Positions 55,901 to 64,000 of a stretch of DNA of 64,000 nucleotides are shown here, piece after piece. Origin of the DNA: Eledone cirrhosa (lineage: Eukaryota); NCBI GenBank assembly GCA_964016885.1, contig OZ024741.1, positions 260,834,001 to 260,898,000 of the forward strand. The letters run 5' to 3'. Below the pieces are notes generated by a model. It had not been told where the DNA came from. It did not search any database and saw nothing but the letters and a program-made list of their open reading frames with translations. The stretch's first letter is position 1. Each line of letters begins with the position of its first letter. The position numbers and the translations under genes were made by a program.

Positions 55901-56999
55901 CGACTTACGAGTGTTTTGACTTACGAGTGTTTTGACTAACGGTGTTTCTGCTTACGAGTGTTTCGACTTACGAGTGTTATGACTTACGGGTGTTTTGACA
56001 TACGAGTGTTTCGATACGAGTGTTTCGACTTACGAGTGTTACGAGTGTTCTGACTTACGAGTGTTTCGACTTACGAGTGTTCTGACCTACGAGTGTTCTG
56101 ACTTACGAGTGTTTCGACTTACGAGTGTTTTGACTTACGGGTGTTTCGACTTACGAGTGTTTCGAGTTACGAGTGTTTCGAGTTACGAGTGTTTCGACTT
56201 ACGAGTGTTTTTACTTACGAATGTTCTGAATTACGGGTGTTTCGGCTTACGAGTGTTTCGACTTACGAGTGTTTTGACTTACGGGTGTTTTGACTTACGG
56301 GTGTTGTGAATTACGAGTGTTCCGATTTACGAGTGTTTTGACTTACGGTGTTTCGGCTAACGAGTGATTCGACTTACGAATGTTTTGACTTACGGGTGTT
56401 TCGGCTTACGAGTGTTTCGACTTACGAGTGTTTCGGCTTGCGAGTGTTTCGACTTACTAATGTTTTTACTTACGAGTTTTTCGGCGTACGAGTGTTTCGA
56501 CTTACGAGTGTTTCGACTTACGGGTGTTTTGACTTAAGGGTGTTTCGACTTACAAGTGTTTCGACTTACGAGTGTTTCGACTTACGAGTGTTCTGACTTA
56601 CGAGTGTTCTGATTTACGGATGTTTCAACATACGAGTGTTTCGACTTAGGAGTGTTTCGACTTACGAGTGTTTTGACTTACGGGTGTTTTGACATACGAG
56701 TGTTTCGATACGAGTGTTTCGACTTACGAGTGTTCTGACTTACGAGTGTTTCGACTTACGAGTGTTTCGACTTACGAGTGTTCCGACTTACGGGTGTTTC
56801 GACTTACGAGTGGTTTGGCTTACGGTGTTTCGGCTTACGAGTGTTTCGAGTTACGAGTGTTTTGACTTACGCGTGTTTTGACATACGAGTGTTTCGATAC
56901 GAGTGTTCTGACTTACGAGTGTTCTGACTTACGAGTGTTCCGACTTTACGAGTGTTTCGGCTCACGAGTGTTTCGGCTTACGAGTGTTTCGACTTACGA

Positions 57000-57068
57000 A
57001 AATAACAAATAGACGCGGTTTCAAATCTCTATGATTTTCAAATTCATTACATTAATCTTTATTTATAC
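57000..57068 (+). repeat. 69-bp AT-rich element, copy 12, haplotype A
   Basis: Matches copy 1 by eye. Confidence 0.95.
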
Positions 57069-59902
57069 GTTTCGCTTTACGAGTGTTTCGACTTACGAGT
57101 GTTTCGACATACGAGTGTTTCGACTTCCGAATGTTTTTGCTTACGGGTGTTTCGACTTACGAATGTTTCGGCTTACGAGTGTTTCGGCTTACGAGTGTTC
57201 CGACTTAGGAGTGTTTCGGCTTACGAGTGTTTCCGGCTTACGAGTGTTTCGACTTACGAGTGTTTCGACTTTCGAGTGTTTTGACTTACGGGTGTTTTGA
57301 CTTACGGGTGTTGTGAATTACCAGTGTTCCGATTTACGAGTGTTTTGACTTACGGTGTTTCGGCTTGCGAGTGTTTCGACTTACGAGTGTTTCGGCTTAT
57401 GAGTGTTTCGACTTACTAATGTTTTTACTTACGAGTGTTTCGGCGTTCGAGTGTTTTGACTTACGAGTGTTTCGACTTACGAGTGTTTTGACTTACGAAT
57501 GTTTTGACTTACGGGTGTTTCGGCTTACGGGTGTTTCGGTTTACGAGTGTTTCGACATACGAGTGTTTTGACTTACAGGTGTTTCGACTTACGGGTGTTT
57601 CGACTTACGAGTGTTTCGGCTTACGAGTGTTTCGAATTACTAATGTCTTTACTTACGAGTGTTTCGGTGTACGAATGTTTTGACTTAAGGATGTTTCGAC
57701 TTACGAGTGTTTCGACTTACGAGTGTTTCGGCTTACGTGAGTTTCGACTTAAGAGTGTTCTGATTTACGAGTGTTCTGATTTGCGGGTGTTCTGATTTAC
57801 GAGTGTTCCGACTTACGAGTGTTTCGGCTTATGAGGGTTTCGACTTACGAGTGTTTCGGCTTACGAGTGTTTCGACTTATGGGTGTTTCGACTTACGAGT
57901 GTTTTTACTTACGGTGTTTCGGCTTACGAGTGTTTCGACATACGAGTGTTTTTACTTACGGGTGTTTCGGCTTACGAGTGTTTCGACTTACGAGAGTTTC
58001 GGCTTACGAGTGTTTCGACTTACTAATGTTTTTACTTACGAGTGTTTCGGCGTACGAGAGTTTTGACTTACGAGTGTTTCGACTTACGAGTGTTTTGACT
58101 TACGAATGTTTTGACTTACGGGTGTTTTGGCTTTTGAGAGTTTCGACTTACGAGTCTTGCGGCTTACGAGTGTTTCGACTTACTAATGTTTTTACTTACG
58201 AGTGTTTCGGCGTACGAGTGTTTCGACTTACGAGTGTTTCGACTTACGGGTGTTTTGACTTACGGGTGTTTCGGCTTACGAGTGTTTCGACTTACGAGTG
58301 TTTTGACTTAAGGGTGTTTCGACTTACGAGTATTTTTGGCTTACGAGTGTGTCGACTTACGAGTGTTTTGACTTACGAGTGTTCTGATTTACGGATGTTT
58401 CGACATACGAGTGTTTCGACTTACGAGTGTTTCGACTTATGAGTGTTTCGACTTACGAGTGTTTCGGCTTACGAGTGTTTCGACTTACGAGTGTTTTGTT
58501 TTACGGTGTTTCGGCTTACGAGTGTTTCGACTTACGAGTGTTTGGACCTACGGGTGTTTTGACATACGAGTGTTTCGATACGAGTGTTCTGACTTACGAG
58601 TGTTCTGACTTACGAGTGTTTTGACTTACGAGTGTTCTGACTTACGAGTGTTCTGACTTACGAGTGTTTCGGCTTACGAGTGTTTCCGGCTTACGAGTGT
58701 TTCGACTTCCGAGTGTTTTGACTTACGGTGTTTCGGCTTACGAGTGATTCGACTTACGAGTGTTTTGACTTAAGGGTGATTTGACGTACGGGTGTTGTAA
58801 ATTACGAGTGTTCCGATTTACGAGTGTTTTGACTTACGGTGTTTCGGCTTACGAGTGTTTCGACTTACGAGTGTTTCGGCTTATGGGTGTTTCGACTTAC
58901 TAATGTTTTTACTTACGAGTGTTTCGACTTACGAGTGTTTCGACTTACGGGTGTTCCGACTTACGAGTGTTTCGACTTACGATTGTTTTTTTCACTTACG
59001 GGTGTTTCGACTTACGCGTGTTTCGATTTACGAGTGTTTAGACTTACGAGTGTTTCGACTACGAATGTTCCGACTTACGAGTGTTTCGACTTACGAGTGT
59101 TTCGACTTACGGGTGTTCCGACTTACGAGTGTTTCGGCTTACGATTATTTCGAGTTACGAGTGTTTCGGTTTAAGAGTGTTTCGACTTACGGGTGTTTTG
59201 ACTTACGGTGTTTCGGCTTACGAGTGTTTTGACTTACGAGTGTTTTGACTTACGGGTGTTTTGACATACGAGTGTTTCGATACGAGTGTTCTGACTTACG
59301 AGTGTTCTGACTTACGAGTGTTCTGACTTACGAGTGTTCTGACTTACGAGAGGTCTGACTTACGGGTGTTCTGACTTACGAGTGTTCCGACTTACGAGTG
59401 TTTCAGCTTATGAGTGTTTCGACTTACGAGTGCTTCGGTTTACGAGTGTTTCGACTTACGAGTGTTTTGACTTATGGTGTTTCGGCTTACGAGTGTTTCG
59501 ACATACGAGTGTTTTGACTTACGGGTGTTTCGACTTACGGGTGTTTCGACGTAAGAGTGTTTCGACTTACGAGCGCTTCGACATACGAGTGTTTCGACTT
59601 ACGAGTGTTTCGGCGTACGAGTGTTTTGACTTACGAGTGTTTCGACTTACGAGTGCTTTGACTTACGAATGTTTTGAATTACTTCGACTTACGAGTGATC
59701 TGACTTTCGAGTGTTCCTACTTACGAGTGTTTCGACATACGAGTGTTTCGACTTGCGAGTGTTTCGACTTACGAGTGTTTCGACTTACGAGTGTTCTGAC
59801 TTACGAGTGTTCTGACTTACGAGTGTTCCGACTTACGAGTGTTTTGACTTACGAATGTTGTGACTTACGGGTGTTTCGCCTTACGTGTGTTTCGACTTAC
59901 GA

Positions 59903-59971
59903 AAATAACAAATAGACGCGGTTTCAAATATCTATGCTTTTCAAATTCATTACATTAATCTTTATTTATAC
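59903..59971 (+). repeat. 69-bp AT-rich element, copy 13, haplotype B3
   Basis: Variant caaatag...aaatAtctatgCttttc, intermediate between B2 and B1. Confidence 0.95.
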
Positions 59972-62900
59972 GTTTCGCTTTACGAGTGTTTCGGCGTATG
60001 AGTGTTTCGACTTACGAGTGTTTTAACATACGGTTGTTTCGACTTACCCGTTTTTCGACTACGAATGTTCCGACTTACGAGTGTTTCGACTTACGAGTGT
60101 TTCGACTTGCGAGTGTTTCGACTTACGAGTGTTTCGGCTTACGAGTGTTTCGGTGTTTCGGCTTACGTGTGTTTCGACTTACGAGTGTTTCGACTTACGA
60201 GTGTTTCGGCTTATGAGTGTTTCGACTTACGAGTGCTTCGGCTTACGAGTGTTTCGACTTACGAGTATTTCGGCTTACGAGTGTTTCGACGTACGAATGT
60301 TTTGGCATACGAGTGTTTCGGCTTATGAGTGTTTCGGCTTACGAGTGTTTCGACTTACGAGTGTTTCGGCTTACGAGTGTTTCAGTGTTTCGGCTTACGT
60401 GTGTTTCGACTTACGAGTGTTTCGACTTACGACTGTTTCGGCTTACGAGTGTTTCGGCTTACGAGTGTTTTGACTTACGAGTGTTTTGACTTACGATTGT
60501 TTGGCCTACGAGTGTTCTGACTTACGGGTGTTCTGACTTACGAGTGTTCCGACTTACGAGTGTTTCGGCTTATGAGGGTTTCGACTTACGAGTGCTTCGG
60601 CTTACGAGTGTTTCGACTTACGAGTGTTTGGAATTACGAGTGTTTCGACTTACGAGTGTTTTGACTTACGAGTGTTTTGACTTACGGTGTTTCTGCTTAC
60701 GAGTGTTTCGACTTACGAGTGTTATGACTTACGGGTGTTTTGACATACGAGTGTTTCGACTTACGAGTGTTTTGACTTACGGGTGTTTTGACATACGAGT
60801 GTTTCGATACGAGTGTTCTGACTTACGAGTGTTCTGACTTACGAGTGTTCTGACTTACGAGTGTTTCGACATACGAGTGTTTTGACTTACGGGTGTTTCG
60901 ACTTACGAGTGTTTTGACTTACGAATGTTTTAACTTACGGGTGTTTCGGCTTACGAGTGTTTCGACTTACGAGCGTTTCGGCTTACGAGTGTTTCGACTT
61001 ACTAATGTTTTTACTTACGAGTGTTTCGGCGTACGAGAGTTTTGACTTACGAGTGTTTCGACTTACGAGTGTTTCGACTTACGAGTATTTTGACTTACGA
61101 ATGTTTTGACTTACGGGTGTTTCGGCTTACGAGTGTTTCGACTTACGAGTCTTGCGGCTTACGAGTGTTTCGACTTACTAATGTTTTTACTTACGAGTGT
61201 TTCGGCGTACGAGTGTTTCGACTTACGAGTGTTTTGACTTACGGGCGTTTTGACTTACGGGTGTTTCGGCTTACGAGTGTTTTGACTTACGAGTGTTTTG
61301 ACTTAAGGGTGTTTCGACTTACGAGTATTTTTGGCCTACGAGTGTTTCGACTTACGAGTGTTTTGACCTACGGTGTTTCGGCTTACGAGTGTTTCGACAT
61401 ACGAGTGTTTTGACGTACGGGTGTTTCGACTTACGGGTGTTTCGACTTAAGAGTGTTTCGACTTACGAGCGCTTCGACTTACGAGTGTTTCGGCTTACGA
61501 GTGTTTCGGCGTATGAGTGTTTCGACTTACGAGTCTTTCGGCTTACGAGTGTTTCGACTTACTAATGTTTTTACTTACGAGTGTTTCGGCGTACGAGTGT
61601 TTCGACTTACGAGTGTTTCGACTTACGGGTGTTTTGACTTACGGGTATTTCGGCTTACGAGTGTTTCGACTTACGATTGTTTGGCTTACGAATGTTTCGG
61701 CTTACGAGTGTTTCGACTTACGAGAGTTTTGACTTACGGTGTTTCGGCTTACGAGTGTTTCGACTTACGAGTGTTTTGACTTACGGGTGTTTTGACATAC
61801 GAGTGTTTCGATACGAGTGTTCTGACTTACGAGTGTTCTGACTTACGAGTGTTCTGACTTACGGGTGTTCTGACTTACGAGTGTTCCGACTTACGAGTGT
61901 TTCGGCTTATGAGGGTTTCGACTTACGAGTGCTTCGGCTTACGAGTGTTTCGACTTACGAATGTTTTGGCTTACGAGTGTTTCGGCTTACGAGTGTTTCG
62001 ACTTACGAGTGTTTCGACTTACGAGTGTTTTGACTTACGGTGTTTCGGCTTACGAGTGTTTCGACATACGAGTGTTTTGACGTACGGGTGTTTCGACTTA
62101 CGGGTGTTTCGACTTAAGAGTGTTTCGACTTACGAGCGCTTCGACTTACGAGTGTTTCGGCTTACGAGTGTTTCGGCGTATGAGTGTTTTGACTTACGAG
62201 TGTTTCGACTTACGAGTGTTTCGACTTACGAGTGTTTCGACTTACGAGTGTTTCGACTTACGAGTGTTTTGACTTACGAGTGTTTTGACTAACGGTGTTT
62301 CTGCTTACGAGTGTTTCGACTTACGAGTGTTATGACTTACGGGTGTTTTGACATACGAGTGTTTCGATACGAGTGTTTCGACTTACGAGTGTTACGAGTG
62401 TTCTGACTTACGAGTGTTTCGACTTACGAGTGTTCTGACCTACGAGTGTTCTGACTTACGAGTGTTTCGACTTACGAGTGTTTTGACTTACGGGGGTTTC
62501 GACTTACGAGTGTTTCGAGTTACGAGTGTTTCGAGTTACGAGTGTTTCGACTTACGAGTGTTTTTACTTACGAATGTTCTGACTTACGGGTGTTTCGGCT
62601 TACGAGTGTTTCGACTTACGAGTGTTTTAACTTACGGGTGTTTCTACTTACGCGTGTTTCGACTTGCAAGTGTTTCGACTTACGAGTGTTTCGACTTGCA
62701 AGTGTTTCGACTTACGAGTGTTTCGACCACGAATGATCCGACTTACGAGTGTTTCGACTTACGAGTGTTTCGACTTACGAGTGTTCTGACTTACGGGTGT
62801 TCCGACTTACGAGTGTTTCGGCTTACGATTGTTTTGACTTACGATTGTTTTGGCTTACGAATGTTTCGACTTACGAGTGTTTCGACTTACGAGTGTTTTG

Positions 62901-64000
62901 ACTTACGAGTGTTTTGTCTTACGGGTGTTTTGACATACGAGTGTTTCGATACGAGTGTTCTGACTTACGAGTGTTCTGACTTACGAGTGTTCTGACTTAC
63001 GAGTGTTCTGACTTACGGGTGTTCTGACTTACGAGTGTTCCGACTTACGAGTGATTCGGCTTATGAGGGTTTCGACTTACGAGTGCTTCGGCTTACGAGT
63101 GTTTCGACCTACGAGTGTTTCGGCTTACGAGTGTTTTGACGTACGAATGTTTTGGCTTACGCGTGTTTCGGCTTACGAGTGTTTCGAATTACGAGTGTTT
63201 CGACTTACGAGTGTTTTGACTTACGGTGTTTCGGCTTACGAGTGTTTCGACTCACGAGAGTTTTAACTTACGGGTGTTTCGACTTACGCGTGTTTCGACT
63301 TACGAATGTTCCGACTTACGAGTGTTTCGACTTACGAGTGTTTCGGCGTACGAGTGTTTCGACTTACGAGTGTTTTGACTTACGTGTGTTTCGGCTTACG
63401 AGTGTTTTGACTTACGAGTGTTTTGACTTACGGGTGTTTCGGCTTACGAGTGTTTCGACTTACGAGTGTTCTAACTTACGAGTGTTCCGACTTACCAGCG
63501 TTCCGACTTACGAGTGTTTCGGCTTACGAGTGTTCCGACTTACGAGTGTTTCGACTTACGAGTGTTTTGACTTACGGTGTTTCGGCTTACGAGTGTTTTG
63601 ACTTACGAGTGTTTTGACTTACGGGTGTTTTGACATACGAGTGTTTCGATACGAGTGTTCTGACTTACGAGTGTTCTGACTTACGAGCGTTCTGACTTAC
63701 GAGTGTTCTGACTTACGAGTGGTCTGACTTACGGGTGTTCTTACTTACGAGTGTTCCGACTTACGAGTGTTTCAGCTTATGAGTGTTTCGACTTACGAGT
63801 GCTTCGGTTTACGAGTGTTTCGACTTACGAGTGTTTCGACTTACGAGTGTTTTGACTTACGAGTGTTTTGACTAACGGTGTTTCTGCTTACGAGTGTTTC
63901 GACTTACGAGTGTTATGACTTACGGGCGTTTTGACATACGAGTGTTTCGATACGAGTGTTTCGACTTACGAGTGTTACGAGTGTTCTGACTTACGAGTGT

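Larger units (their letters stand above)
1..64000 (+). repeat. Satellite DNA array of a 16-bp monomer (GACTTACGAGTGTTTC)n, head-to-tail, running off both window edges
   Basis: The monomer is directly visible on every line, e.g. 'tcgacttacgagtgtt tcgacttacgagtgtt'. Common variants are TTTC/TTTT/TTCT/TTCC, GAC/GGC and CGAG/CGGG, with occasional 8-18 bp length variants. No inverted copy was seen. The ORF track shows the expected 16-aa period (YECFDLRVFRLTSVST). Confidence 0.99.

Noticed and set aside
196-63617. Hundreds of short + strand ORFs of 60-231 aa
   Set aside because: All are translations of the 16-bp repeat in overlapping frames, mostly with GTG/TTG starts. Frame-shifting 14-, 15- and 17-bp monomers and TGA variants are abundant, and there is no recognisable domain.
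1-64000. CRISPR array
   Set aside because: Repeats are 16 bp and directly adjacent, with no unique spacers and no cas genes. The 69-bp inserts are near-identical to each other.
1-64000. Telomerase-synthesised telomeric repeat (some yeasts have 16-25 bp T/G-biased units)
   Set aside because: The array is over 64 kb long, has many heritable variants arranged in higher-order duplications, contains inserts and is not G-rich. This fits recombination-driven satellite, though a subtelomeric location cannot be excluded.
1-64000. Canonical CENP-B boxes
   Set aside because: The spacing between TTCG....A and CGGG is 2 nt shorter than in the canonical 17-bp box, so it is reported only as a resemblance.
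1-64000. Pure sequencing or assembly artefact or synthetic concatemer
   Set aside because: Rare variants recur in consistent order across distant blocks and the cassettes form a coherent haplotype series, which random error would not produce. Individual duplications could still be misassembled.

Overview
The whole 64-kb window is one uninterrupted, single-orientation satellite DNA array built from a 16-bp monomer, consensus GACTTACGAGTGTTTC (reverse complement GAAACACTCGTAAGTC), roughly 3,900-4,000 copies. I see no credible protein-coding gene, RNA gene or CRISPR array. The many '+' ORFs are artefacts: the consensus has no stop codon on the + strand in any frame, while the - strand carries a TAA that cycles through all frames. 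The only non-monomer sequence is a 69-bp, about 77% AT element present 13 times, always at the same junction in the monomer, in five haplotypes linked by single changes. Monomer variants recur in fixed orders, forming irregular higher-order repeats (HORs) with nested duplications at offsets of about 4.0, 7.5-7.9, 12.55, 15, 28-30 and 61 kb. Two array sub-domains (A and B) are marked by the insert haplotype. The monomer's TCGACTTACGA core resembles, from my recollection, the iterated terminal motifs of pogo/Tigger (TcMar) DNA transposons, and loosely the CENP-B box. A transposon-end-derived, possibly (peri)centromeric satellite is therefore a testable hypothesis. The organism cannot be determined from the sequence; a eukaryote is likely.
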